Virus genome (UHGV): UHGV-0246887
DNA length: 44,763 nt
Direction: 5' to 3' (one strand)
Source of the DNA: a virus
The notes beneath the pieces are model-generated. The model worked only from the letters and a program-made list of their open reading frames with translations, had not been told where the DNA came from and ran no database searches. Positions 27,514-36,609 of this stretch are shown in pieces. Made by a program: the position numbers and the translations under genes. Within the stretch, counting starts at the first letter, position 1, and each line of letters starts with the position of its first letter.

Positions 27514-28220
27514 TTTAAATTTTCCTCGTTAACCGCTATCGCGAAGCCGCGCGGGGTGAGTGAGCGGATTAATTTTGTACGAGCGGATTTACCACCGAGG
27601 CGACTATACTGCTTCGAGTACCCTTTTTCAACGAAAACAGGTTTCTTCTCGGGCATACGGAAGCCGTTTCCAGTCCATAAGCAGGTCAGCTTCGGATATG
27701 AATCGCGGGCGTTGATGTATTCAGGGAAGAGCGGGTGTACGTCATCCTCTGGCAGATATCCGCCATACTCCCACGGGTCAAACGAGTGATCCGGCTTACG
27801 CCACTGGGTGGAAAGCACGCTGCGCGGATTCTCAATCATATATGGCACTTCGAAGAAATCACCCAGGTAAGCTGCGATCTTCGCGGTGCGCACCGCCTTA
27901 AGCTGGAAGGCCGGGTCGCGGGAGCGTTTGCGCGGGAAAGCTGGCGCACCGCTCACCGCCAGATCCGTACACGGCGGGAATGCGTAAATGATATCCGGCG
28001 TGCCGAAATCGCCATTCATCGCGCGATCCACGAAGTCCAGGTCGATAAACTCATTACGATAGCGAATGCCGCGACCATAGATCCGGTAGTCAAGGTAAGA
28101 CCCGTGATCGGCTTCGGAGTAGTTGAAGCAATAACACTTATGCCCCATCTCGGCAGCACGCTCAATCATCAAGCCGCTGCCGTCAAACAATGACCAGATT
28201 GTCATTTTAGCAATAGTCAT
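27510..28220 (-). CDS. DNA (cytosine-5)-methyltransferase-like protein
   Basis: FDGSG (motif I-like), FPPCTDLAVSG (PC catalytic motif), IENP (ENV-like); short for a complete C5-MTase. Confidence 0.5.
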   Translation of the reverse strand: MTIAKMTIWSLFDGSGLMIERAAEMGHKCYCFNYSEADHGSYLDYRIYGRGIRYRNEFIDLDFVDRAMNGDFGTPDIIYAFPPCTDLAVSGAPAFPRKRSRDPAFQLKAVRTAKIAAYLGDFFEVPYMIENPRSVLSTQWRKPDHSFDPWEYGGYLPEDDVHPLFPEYINARDSYPKLTCLWTGNGFRMPEKKPVFVEKGYSKQYSRLGGKSARTKLIRSLTPRGFAIAVNEENLK

Positions 28221-29641
28221 TTGCGCGCCTTTTTAGCTTTCATGTATTCCATTAAATCGTCCTGTATATCTCGCTTACTGTCGCGACGTTCGGCGACCAG
28301 TTCATCCAGTGTGCCGCGCGCCTGGATAATGTAGACGAATACCGGACGAGGGTGCCCAGCTTGCATCTGGCGTACAGGCCCGATACGTTCCACGATCTGC
28401 GCAAAGTGCTCATAGTTCCAGGTGTCGGAAAAGATAGCAAGGTGGTGTCCCCCATCCTGCAAGTTAAGGCCGTGACCCGCCGATGCCGGGTGCGCGAACA
28501 TGATGGGGATCTCGCCCCTATTCCACGCTTCCATATCCTTATTTCCTTGCTTTCCCTTACCCATCGCGACGCCGTGCGGGAATTTCTTCTTAAGACGTGC
28601 CAAGTCATGCTTGTACTGGTATGCGACGAGCAACGGCGCGCCGTTCAACTCCTCCACGATACTTTCCAGCGCGTCCAGTTTAGCGTCGTGGATTTTAACC
28701 CATTCGTCGGTGCGCTCGCCGTCTTCGTCGACCTTATACACGGCCCCGGAAGCAAGCTGAAGGCACTTAATAGTCTTCGAAGCAGCGTTCGCCGCCTCCA
28801 CCGTTCCGCTTTCCAGTTCGGCAAATAGCTCCGCCTCAAACTGGTCATAAATCTTGCGGGCTTTCTTCGGCAGGTCCACAACAACCGGCGTATAGATTGG
28901 CTTGTCACACCCGAAGTATTCAGCCGCATCAACGGTTAGCGACACGTCGGACAGTCGTTGTTGTATTTCTTTCTCGGAGTTCTTAAGCGGGGCGTGCTGC
29001 ATCGTGAAGCTGCCAGGCTTAACAGGCTTGCTAATAAACCAGCGGTCTGTGAATGCCTTATAACTACTGCCGAGGCGTTCGCCACCGTCGACAAACCACG
29101 TCTGACCCCACAGGTCTTTCAGTCCGTTTGGTGCGGGTGTGCCGGTTAGGTTAATCCAGCGCTTGACGTGCTTATGTGCAATAGCCGCCAGTGCGCGAGC
29201 GCGCTTGCTGCCTTGCTTGCTGCGGTAGCCTTTCAGCTTAGTGGATTCATCGGCAACAACGACCGTAAAGGGCCACTCGTCGCCGCAATACTCTACAAGC
29301 CACTCAACCACATCATAGTTAACACAAACCACGTTAGCGTCGCTCTCCAGCGCTGCAATGCGGTCCTTCTCTGGACCAGTGCCGTCTACTACCAGCAGGG
29401 CTGGGAAGCGCCATTTCTCCTGCTCCGGGGGCCAGGTGCCGGACGCAACGCGCAGCGGGGCCAGCACCAGTACGCGGTCCTCCTGGTTGGACAGGATACC
29501 CGTCTGGAACATTTTATTCAGCGCCCACATGGTCGCGCCGGTTTTACCAGACCCCATTGTCGCCCAAATATTGCAGCGCTTATGCTTGAGGATGAACGCG
29601 GTTATCAACTTCTGATATTCGCGACGTCGGAAACGTGCCAT
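28217..29641 (-). CDS. SNF2-family DNA helicase
   Basis: ATMGSGKT Walker A, VVADEST DEAD-like box, LTGTPAPNGLKDLWGQ SNF2 motif; start chosen at ATG 29641 with RBS. Confidence 0.8.
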   Translation of the reverse strand: MARFRRREYQKLITAFILKHKRCNIWATMGSGKTGATMWALNKMFQTGILSNQEDRVLVLAPLRVASGTWPPEQEKWRFPALLVVDGTGPEKDRIAALESDANVVCVNYDVVEWLVEYCGDEWPFTVVVADESTKLKGYRSKQGSKRARALAAIAHKHVKRWINLTGTPAPNGLKDLWGQTWFVDGGERLGSSYKAFTDRWFISKPVKPGSFTMQHAPLKNSEKEIQQRLSDVSLTVDAAEYFGCDKPIYTPVVVDLPKKARKIYDQFEAELFAELESGTVEAANAASKTIKCLQLASGAVYKVDEDGERTDEWVKIHDAKLDALESIVEELNGAPLLVAYQYKHDLARLKKKFPHGVAMGKGKQGNKDMEAWNRGEIPIMFAHPASAGHGLNLQDGGHHLAIFSDTWNYEHFAQIVERIGPVRQMQAGHPRPVFVYIIQARGTLDELVAERRDSKRDIQDDLMEYMKAKKARK

Positions 29642-29645
29642 ATCT

Positions 29646-29870
29646 TTATTCCGCCTTTTTCCAGACTTCTGTTTCACTGTTCCAGTTCCTTTTTGTGGCG
29701 TCGTAATTGGTGGCGTGTCCGATGTGCACGCCGGTCGCCCGGAAGCTCTTAAATTTTTGCCAGCACACCGTTAACGGCAGCGGGTAATTCATGCCCGCGA
29801 TAAACCATACGCGATCGCCTGGTTTGCATTCGCCCAGTGTGGTGAGTCGGTAGTGTTCTTTCATCGTCAT
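29646..29870 (-). CDS. Hypothetical protein
   Basis: ATG with GGGAG RBS; 74 aa. Confidence 0.35.
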   Translation of the reverse strand: MTMKEHYRLTTLGECKPGDRVWFIAGMNYPLPLTVCWQKFKSFRATGVHIGHATNYDATKRNWNSETEVWKKAE

Positions 29871-29907
29871 GTCTCCCAAAAATGGCGGGACAAGCCCGCC
29901 GTATTAA

Positions 29908-30081
29908 TTATTTTTGCTCTGCGCGGTAGCGGCGCTGCCGTTCGCGCTCTTTCTTATTGCGGCACGATTTGCACTCTGCCCGATACCCGTCTGGACTGCG
30001 CGCAGTCTTACCGGTGTATTTGTGGAACTGGGATAGCGGCTTTACACAGCCGCAATTACTACAACGTTTTTCTTCAATCAT
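29908..30081 (-). CDS. Stand-alone zinc-ribbon protein, paralogous to N-terminal modules of the neighbouring HNH endonuclease
   Basis: CSNCGC...ECKSCRNKKERERQRR closely resembles CRTCGERKPL...ECRSCANKSRRE in ORF 30397..30999. Confidence 0.45.
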   Translation of the reverse strand: MIEEKRCSNCGCVKPLSQFHKYTGKTARSPDGYRAECKSCRNKKERERQRRYRAEQK

Positions 30082-30121
30082 CTCTAAAATCCTCGATATG
30101 GCTAACCGGCACACTATACCG

Positions 30122-30400
30122 CTATGCGACCAATTCAGCAACCAATAAATCGCAGTCGGATATGTTGTCGATAACGCGAACGTCAGCACCGCGGCGGGCC
30201 ATTCGCTCATATTCACGTACCTGGTGCGGCTTCGGTTTTCCTCCGGGGCGCTTCACTTCGACGAACACTATTTTGCCGTTGATGATAATAATCAGGTCGG
30301 GCGCACCTGCGCGCCCCTCCCATGCCAGTTTTCGGCAGAATCCGCCAACATCTTTCACCCGTCTCATCAGGTGGCTTTGAATCTTGCCTTCTGGTGTCAT
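30122..30400 (-). CDS. VRR-NUC domain nuclease
   Basis: GAPDLIIIINGKIVFVEVKRPGGKPKPHQ matches VRR-NUC D...EVK motif; ATG overlaps upstream stop (ATGA). Confidence 0.7.
   Translation of the reverse strand: MTPEGKIQSHLMRRVKDVGGFCRKLAWEGRAGAPDLIIIINGKIVFVEVKRPGGKPKPHQVREYERMARRGADVRVIDNISDCDLLVAELVA
30127..30148. promoter_or_regulatory. Two motif copies (CGACCAAT, GCAACCAAT) upstream of zinc-ribbon gene
   Basis: Direct reading; minus strand has TATAGT -10-like hexamer downstream. Confidence 0.4.
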
Positions 30401-30999
30401 TGTCGGCTTTTCCTTACGGCAGCGATGGCAGGTCCGATAAACTTCTTCATTTCGTCCGGGGTAAACCGATCCCCGCGGGCTATGTTGCACTCTACGCAGC
30501 ACGGCACGCAGTTATCTTTCGTATGGCCTACTGCGTTGTCGAGTCGGTCCGCGCCATTGTCGCCGGTGAATCCGCAGTATGCGCACGGCTGAGAAGTAAG
30601 GCGCAGCACGTCCTCTGTAGTAAGGTCGGTGCTTAGCCCCTTCCTTTCGTCTGCCTTACGGTACTGAAAGAGTTTATAGTAAGCGCGGATCTCGGGTGTC
30701 CGGTGGTTGTACTCACGGCGTGACTTATTAGCGCACGATCGGCATTCTTTACGAATATGTGACCCGTTTGCTTGGCTTCCGGGCCGGAAGTTTTCCGGCG
30801 TGAGCGGCTTGCGCTCACCGCACGTACGACATGTTACGATCTCCCCGGTGTACTCTCGCCATACTTCTCTCGGCGGCGCGCCTCTTTCCTTATCCCGTCT
30901 CTCTTTCTTATATGCCGCCATGCATTTGGCGCACCACGACTGGCCCTTGTTGAAAGCGGACTCATCTTTACCCGTATTACAACGCCCACAATGTTTCAT
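30397..30999 (-). CDS. HNH endonuclease with two N-terminal zinc ribbons (free-standing homing endonuclease candidate)
   Basis: C-terminal DRLDNAVGHTKDNCVPCCVECN HNH motif; two CxxC...CxxC ribbons; GAGGTG RBS. Confidence 0.7.
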   Translation of the reverse strand: MKHCGRCNTGKDESAFNKGQSWCAKCMAAYKKERRDKERGAPPREVWREYTGEIVTCRTCGERKPLTPENFRPGSQANGSHIRKECRSCANKSRREYNHRTPEIRAYYKLFQYRKADERKGLSTDLTTEDVLRLTSQPCAYCGFTGDNGADRLDNAVGHTKDNCVPCCVECNIARGDRFTPDEMKKFIGPAIAAVRKSRQ

Positions 31000-31065
31000 A
31001 TACACCTCGAAAAAGAAAACGCCAGACAATAATGCCCAACGTTTCCGCTAAAAGCAACATTTCCG

Positions 31066-33357
31066 CTACTTGCGGTAGCGATACATGCAATCGCCCTCTG
31101 CGGCAAGTGGGAAGCCTTTCGCCCAAATAGGCAGGTCGCACATCAGCGCGCAAAGCTCCTCTGTCGTGTAGTCGTCGGTGTCCGGCACTTCTGTGATCAA
31201 TTCATCATGCACCGATAGAACGATTTCATAGCCCGCAGCTTCAACGCCAGGCATTGACCAGGCGAGAATATCACGGCACAACGCCTGTACTATGTTCTCC
31301 GTCAGTTTGCCGCCGTAGGTATACTGGAAGCCCCACTGGCGCGTCGTCTGATTCTCGCCCTGATATTTAATGCGGGTGCTGGTGCGTTTCTTGCCGGTAT
31401 CTTCGTCAATCTCGGTAGTGACAGACAGCGCTATGCCGGGGTAGCTCATGATGCGCCCCGACGGCAACTCAATTTTCAACCACCACCCCGCGGCGTTCGG
31501 GTCGTCGCGCTCCTCGTCAAAGGTTGGGTCGTGCTTCGCCTTCGTGCGCACAATCTTGAGCGCTTTCCTACCGTCCGGGCGAACGTTAGCGCCAGCCCAG
31601 TATGCTTTGCCCGGATTGCGGATTGCACACAACACCGCGTCCTCAAGCTCGGCCCAAAAGGCGACCGTCTTCGGGTGAGCCTCGCGCCACATGCGTTTGA
31701 TTGCGTCACAAGTCAGCCATACGTTTTTCGGAAGTATGTATGTTGGGCGCTCGTCTTTCTTGCCTGGCTTCGGTGGGCGTTTCGCTTCGTTAATGCGGGC
31801 GTACTCATAACCGCGCTTCGCCGCCGCCCAAATGTGATCGGGGAATGTACCCTTCATCACGTCCGCCATAGCGTAAAGGTCGAGGCCCAGGTTTTTAGCG
31901 AACTGCAAGAACGCCGCGACGCCGCCACCATAGCCCAGTCCCAATTCACACGCCTTACCGATCTGGCGCAAGTCTTTGCGGTTGGCTTTAATGTAGTCCG
32001 GGTCCAGGCCGAACATCTTACCGGCAGTCTCACAATAGATATCGCGACCGGCCCTAAACACCATTAGCGCGGTTTTCTCGCCCGCGATCCAGGCAAGTCC
32101 ACGCCCTTCCACGTTGGAGTAGTCCGCTACGACAAACTTCTTGCCCTTAGCCGGGATAATGCACCCGCGAACGGTCGAGGCTGTTAGCTTAGATATGTCA
32201 TACGCCCAGTGCGCGGTCCCGCGTAACAGGGAATTGATGCCGTTGGTGAGCATGTGCGACCGGACCCAAAAAGCAACGTCGCTCTCGCCTTCGCGGCGCT
32301 TAATCTTCCCTTCGTGATCGTCGCTATACTCGCCGCGTGCCAGGTTTTGAGGCTGGAAGCCTTTACCCGCCCAGCGCAGCGTGCGCTTTGCGCCACCATA
32401 CTGAAGACACCCACGGCGGCGACCGTCGGCAGACAGGCCATTAACGAGCGGATTGTACTTAGTCGATGCCGTTGATGACGCGCCGAGGCGCATTTCGATA
32501 AGCGCTTTGCCTTCGTCTGGGAAGTCCTGGTCTTCAAGCAGGTCGTTAAGTGTGGATTTCTGCGCGTTGTGGATTGTGAACGCCGGGGCGATATCACGCA
32601 GGATTGGCAGGAAGTCATTGCCTGTCAGTTTACCACCAAATCGCTCCCAGGCTTCCTCCTTCAATTCTTCCTTATGCGCCTGCACCGCTTTGATCGCGGC
32701 GTTCGCCAGGTCAACGTCCACATAGAAGCCGCGGTCGTTGATCAACTGGTCAATAAGCAGGATTTCGTCTTCCTTCGGCGTGTTGCCCCAGTCCGGTATG
32801 CGCCAATAGACTTCCCTCATAGCGATGATATCCAACGCGGCATAGCGCAGGAATTTAGCCCACTCCTCGGGGTGCGTCTCGCGCGTGTAGCGGCGGATTT
32901 TGTAGGTCTTAGGGGTTGGCTTACAGAATCGTTTGATCAGCGCCTTGCCCGCCTTATCCTTCGCGTGCTCTGCGTCAACGCCCAACACCTGGCACTGCAT
33001 ATCGAGGCCACCCGGCAGCGCGTGTCGAAAGGCCATAATCATGGTGTCTTCGATCTGGCACACTGGCAGGTCAATGCCCCACTTCTCGCGAATGACCAGG
33101 CGGTCAAACAGGAGGCCGTTAGCCATCACTATTTTTGCTTTCTTGCGGGATACCCTGCGGAGCGCCTTGCGCAGTTCACGCGGCATTGTTGGGGACTCGG
33201 TGCAATCCCATGTCTGCACGCGGCCCTCGTCGATGGCGTAGGTGCAAATCATAATCTCGGTGGTTGGGTGCTCTGCGTAGGCATATGCGCCCACTTTCTT
33301 CAGATCCACCCCGCTAAATGTCTCGGTATCGAGAAAAAGTCGTTCGAAGTCTTTCAT
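31066..33357 (-). CDS. DNA polymerase, family A (Pol I-like) with 3'-5' exonuclease domain
   Basis: N-terminal LDTETFS exonuclease motif, C-terminal SVHDELITEV motif C; 763 aa. Confidence 0.9.
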   Translation of the reverse strand: MKDFERLFLDTETFSGVDLKKVGAYAYAEHPTTEIMICTYAIDEGRVQTWDCTESPTMPRELRKALRRVSRKKAKIVMANGLLFDRLVIREKWGIDLPVCQIEDTMIMAFRHALPGGLDMQCQVLGVDAEHAKDKAGKALIKRFCKPTPKTYKIRRYTRETHPEEWAKFLRYAALDIIAMREVYWRIPDWGNTPKEDEILLIDQLINDRGFYVDVDLANAAIKAVQAHKEELKEEAWERFGGKLTGNDFLPILRDIAPAFTIHNAQKSTLNDLLEDQDFPDEGKALIEMRLGASSTASTKYNPLVNGLSADGRRRGCLQYGGAKRTLRWAGKGFQPQNLARGEYSDDHEGKIKRREGESDVAFWVRSHMLTNGINSLLRGTAHWAYDISKLTASTVRGCIIPAKGKKFVVADYSNVEGRGLAWIAGEKTALMVFRAGRDIYCETAGKMFGLDPDYIKANRKDLRQIGKACELGLGYGGGVAAFLQFAKNLGLDLYAMADVMKGTFPDHIWAAAKRGYEYARINEAKRPPKPGKKDERPTYILPKNVWLTCDAIKRMWREAHPKTVAFWAELEDAVLCAIRNPGKAYWAGANVRPDGRKALKIVRTKAKHDPTFDEERDDPNAAGWWLKIELPSGRIMSYPGIALSVTTEIDEDTGKKRTSTRIKYQGENQTTRQWGFQYTYGGKLTENIVQALCRDILAWSMPGVEAAGYEIVLSVHDELITEVPDTDDYTTEELCALMCDLPIWAKGFPLAAEGDCMYRYRK

Positions 33358-33524
33358 TGCTTAATCCTCACTACGGCGTCAGCGCTGCCGATCATGGAGA
33401 AGATGCCGTCTGACAGGGCGATCTCTCCGCCGTTGTTGCGAATCTCGGCAACTGCGAAATATTCCCCCAGTAGCTTGGACCATACTTGCATTCCGACTTT
33501 TACTTCGCTAGCTTTAATACGCAT
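33354..33524 (-). CDS. Small hypothetical protein (56 aa)
   Basis: ATG with AGGA RBS; stop overlaps polymerase start. Confidence 0.4.
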   Translation of the reverse strand: MRIKASEVKVGMQVWSKLLGEYFAVAEIRNNGGEIALSDGIFSMIGSADAVVRIKQ

Positions 33525-33582
33525 TTTTCGTTGTCCTATTAAAAAGCCCGCATTAAGCGGGCTTGAATAGTGGGCTTTGCCC

Positions 33583-34365
33583 TTAACGGCGGCGACGTTT
33601 ACGTGGTGCTTCGTCTTCGTCGTCGTCCTCATCTTCGTCATCGCGTGGCTTACGACGTTTACGAGGTTTCTCGTCTTCGTCATCATCATCGTCATCGCGG
33701 CGCTTGGACTTTTTGGACTTGCGCGGCTTGTCGTCTTCGTCATCGTCATCGCGACGTTTTGACTTTTTGGACTTGCGCGGGCTTTCATCTTCGTCATCGT
33801 CGCCCAGGTCCTCGTCTGAGCAAGAAGATCCGCCACCTCCGAAGGCTTCGCCGTCTTCACGGAATCGCAGACCCAGCAAGCCAGCCCCGAGACCCTTGCC
33901 GTTGGTATTGTTCCATGCCCAAATATCAAGGGACACGTTGCAATAACAACCGGAGTAGATCTCCTGGCCTTCAATCTCGTCGCCGTCGATGGTCAGACCT
34001 TGTTCAGTCTGCTTCTCGCCGAGTGACGTTTGAATGATTGGTTGTTTGAACGATTTGGCGTTGATATACAACATGCCTTCGAATTCTTCGGTTACTTCAT
34101 CGCGCTCGTCGCCGTCGCGAACTGCACATTCCTTAGAATCCTGGGCGTAGTGGCGGTCCATCCACTTATCGGCATTCTTCTCGGATTTCAGCTTGTCGGT
34201 GAGCACTGCGCGCGCTGCCGCTTCCACTTTGTCCACCTGCGGATCTTCTTTATCCAGAAGAATCACGGCACGGTATGCCGGTTTTTGCCCATCCTGTTTA
34301 GGGGTATCACGTTCCCAAATTTTAAGGAAGCATACGCGCACATTTTTCAGGTTGACTTTAGCCAT
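33583..34365 (-). CDS. Putative ssDNA-binding protein (DUF2815-like) with repetitive charged C-terminal tail
   Basis: N-terminal MAKVNLKNVRV... and YSGCYCNVSLDIWAWNNTNGKGLGAGL resemble DUF2815; C-terminus is repeats of DDDDEDDKPRKSKKSKRR. Confidence 0.5.
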   Translation of the reverse strand: MAKVNLKNVRVCFLKIWERDTPKQDGQKPAYRAVILLDKEDPQVDKVEAAARAVLTDKLKSEKNADKWMDRHYAQDSKECAVRDGDERDEVTEEFEGMLYINAKSFKQPIIQTSLGEKQTEQGLTIDGDEIEGQEIYSGCYCNVSLDIWAWNNTNGKGLGAGLLGLRFREDGEAFGGGGSSCSDEDLGDDDEDESPRKSKKSKRRDDDDEDDKPRKSKKSKRRDDDDDDEDEKPRKRRKPRDDEDEDDDEDEAPRKRRRR

Positions 34366-34415
34366 TTTCCAATTCCTCATTTTCACATGTATCGGGGTTA
34401 TTGTGAGCCACCCCG

Positions 34416-34440
34416 TTCGGCTTGGTTGCTAATCTACTTG
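34416..34440. promoter_or_regulatory. Two CTTGGTTGC motif copies
   Basis: Direct reading; intergenic between membrane-protein gene and SSB gene. Confidence 0.4.
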
Positions 34441-34455
34441 GTTGCGCCTGAGCGG

Positions 34456-34698
34456 TCAAGCATTTTCATTAAAAAGATTTCTGGTCACGTAATTGGTGGC
34501 GTTCTCGATCCAGCTTAACGGCTGGCGGTCGATGTTCTTTTCCACCCAATCGACGGCAACTTCGCTATAGCCGTTATCCAGCCAGCGGGTCGGATGGCGA
34601 ATCATCCACGCCACCATTAACACGCCTTGCACGCAATGCAGGATAAAGCCCAGCGCTCCGAGCAAAAACATCAATAAGATTGCGAATACTTTATTCAT
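34456..34698 (-). CDS. Small membrane protein
   Basis: Two hydrophobic helices (AILLMFLLGALGFIL, VLMVAWMI). Confidence 0.4.
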   Translation of the reverse strand: MNKVFAILLMFLLGALGFILHCVQGVLMVAWMIRHPTRWLDNGYSEVAVDWVEKNIDRQPLSWIENATNYVTRNLFNENA

Positions 34699-36121
34699 TG
34701 CTTAAGTCCTCGTCAGTAGCTTCCGACCACGCAGGGCGCGGGTCGTCGATTGGTGCTAACACCGGTTTGGCAGGTGCGCGCGTGATTTTATCACACAGCT
34801 TCGCCCACACTTTCGGTTTTTCGTCCTTCAGTACCTTCTCGGCATCCGTAGGGCTGAGCAATGTTTCTTTGTACATCACATCGCGCTTGATCCGGGCCTT
34901 CGTGAAGATTTCAATAACTTCGCTCTCGTCCGCCCACTTACGGATCCCTTCCTTACCGGCAACCATCTTGAGGCCCAGCGATTCGCCATCGCCCGCCATT
35001 ACCGCTTTGAATACCGCGGACTCGATAGCTTTGATGTGCTGGCGCATTGCGTCCAGGCCTTCATAAGCCTTGCGCAGTTCTGTGGCGGTCATAGCGCCGG
35101 GGGCCGCTTCTTTCTTGCCACGCTTCGCACGTCGGGCCGCCTTCCGGGCTTCGCGGGCCATATTGCGGTCGTGATTGGCGCATTCTTCCTCGGTCGCCAC
35201 GCTCACGTCGTCGCCCAGGTCTTCGTCGGTTGCCGTTGGAGGTGTCATCGTGTCGATTGCGGCCTTCGCCCGGACGCTGCACTGGTCCGCAAATCTGCAC
35301 CACTGGCACGCATCAACGCTCGGTCTGAAGTCGGCGCGGGTGAGTCCCTTTTTTCCTCTGGCGTACGCTTCCAGCGCGGCGATAGCGCGCTTGGATGCAA
35401 ACTTCGCGAATATCTCCAGGGCTTCTACCGAAATATCCCATTCCGACGCCCCACCGCAATACGGCTGGAAGATAACCAGGCGCACAGACGTAATGTCGTA
35501 CATGGTTTGCAGCTTGCGCAGCAGGCCGAGCGCGTACAACATAAGCTGTTTGTTTTCTTTCGCCTCGACCTTATGCCGCCCAGTCTTCAGGTCGCCAACA
35601 ATCAGCATGTACGTGCCGTCGGTCTTCTTCATGACCATGACCATATCCGCAGTGCCGAACGTCTTAATCCGGTTGCCGTCGATCTCGAAGCCTGAATGAA
35701 GGACGCGGGTCAGATCGGCGCGCATCTCAAGCTGAACAAACTCCGCCACTTCGAGGAGCGGTCGCCAGTGGTCGATGTATGCGTCGCACTGTTTCACCAT
35801 GTCGTCGTTGACCAGCACGCCGCCTTTCGGCGCTTTCGGGTGCGCCTTTACCGGTCCCTTACCTTCGTTCTCGACGTAGCACCCTTTGTACGTCTTCGCG
35901 GTTATCAGCTTCTCCCCGGCAATGATGCGGTTGAGCACGACTTCAGATACGGTGTGCATACTCGTACCGTTAATCGCCGCTTGCCCGGATTCGTTCGGGA
36001 TATCTTTTTCCACCACCAGGGCGGCAGGGCAACCCATCCATTTTTTAGCACCAGACGGCCCGAGTAATGAATGTTCCGTATTACTACCGGATTGTGTTTT
36101 GCGCTTCGGTTTAATCGCCAT
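34691..36121 (-). CDS. DUF2800-like PD-(D/E)xK exonuclease (Cas4/RecB-like)
   Basis: N-terminal LLGPSGAKKWMGCPA, GDLKTG, C-terminal cysteine pair CQWCRFADQC; co-occurs with DUF2815 and family A polymerase. Confidence 0.5.
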   Translation of the reverse strand: MAIKPKRKTQSGSNTEHSLLGPSGAKKWMGCPAALVVEKDIPNESGQAAINGTSMHTVSEVVLNRIIAGEKLITAKTYKGCYVENEGKGPVKAHPKAPKGGVLVNDDMVKQCDAYIDHWRPLLEVAEFVQLEMRADLTRVLHSGFEIDGNRIKTFGTADMVMVMKKTDGTYMLIVGDLKTGRHKVEAKENKQLMLYALGLLRKLQTMYDITSVRLVIFQPYCGGASEWDISVEALEIFAKFASKRAIAALEAYARGKKGLTRADFRPSVDACQWCRFADQCSVRAKAAIDTMTPPTATDEDLGDDVSVATEEECANHDRNMAREARKAARRAKRGKKEAAPGAMTATELRKAYEGLDAMRQHIKAIESAVFKAVMAGDGESLGLKMVAGKEGIRKWADESEVIEIFTKARIKRDVMYKETLLSPTDAEKVLKDEKPKVWAKLCDKITRAPAKPVLAPIDDPRPAWSEATDEDLSNE

Positions 36122-36309
36122 TATTCCACCCTTGAAAATTGAGCAATGTAATAATCGTGTTCAACATTGGCCCGCTTCGCGGCATTGTTCATGGTAGCCG
36201 CCAGTCCTCGAGCTTGCATCCAGCAGCAATTCCAGTTTTGATTCATAACAATTTCTGGTTGCTCGTCGCCGGTAATACGGCAACGAAATAAAACAAAGAA
36301 TATAGCCAT
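36121..36309 (-). CDS. Hypothetical protein
   Basis: 62 aa ORF with stop/start overlap. Confidence 0.3.
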   Translation of the reverse strand: MAIFFVLFRCRITGDEQPEIVMNQNWNCCWMQARGLAATMNNAAKRANVEHDYYIAQFSRVE

Positions 36310-36561
36310 TTATTTCGTCTCCCAGCGGTCGATTGTTTTTGCTTCGGATGCAACTGCGAAGCGAACATATTCCAGATTGGAATCCGCCCAAATATAAAAG
36401 TCGGGATTAGTAAAGGTGGTGCGCTTAATTTGCGCGGGAGTGTTGCGGCGTTTATCAATTACGGCAACGCGCGATTGAAAGCTGCCGATGCGTTCGAATA
36501 GCCAATAATACGGGCGCTGGTCGCGGGAGTCCACCGCCTCGATTAGCGTGAAGCGTGCCAT
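36310..36561 (-). CDS. Hypothetical protein
   Basis: 83 aa ORF preceded by GAGGACGAG RBS. Confidence 0.4.
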   Translation of the reverse strand: MARFTLIEAVDSRDQRPYYWLFERIGSFQSRVAVIDKRRNTPAQIKRTTFTNPDFYIWADSNLEYVRFAVASEAKTIDRWETK

Positions 36562-36570
36562 TGTCTCGTC

Positions 36571-36601
36571 CTCTAAAAAGAGGCCCGCAGATTAGCGGGC
36601 C
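36571..36601 (-). terminator. Terminator/attenuator after first early gene (minus strand)
   Basis: Minus strand GGCCCGC-taatct-GCGGGCC followed by TCTTTTT. Confidence 0.5.
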
Positions 36602-36609
36602 GGAATACA

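Noticed and set aside
33354-33974. 206-aa minus-strand ORF and plus-strand ORFs 33570..34037 and 33704..33946 across the SSB tail
   Set aside because: Artefacts of the charged tandem-repeat tract in the SSB gene. Only the 56-aa C-terminal portion (33354..33524) with its own RBS is kept as a possible gene
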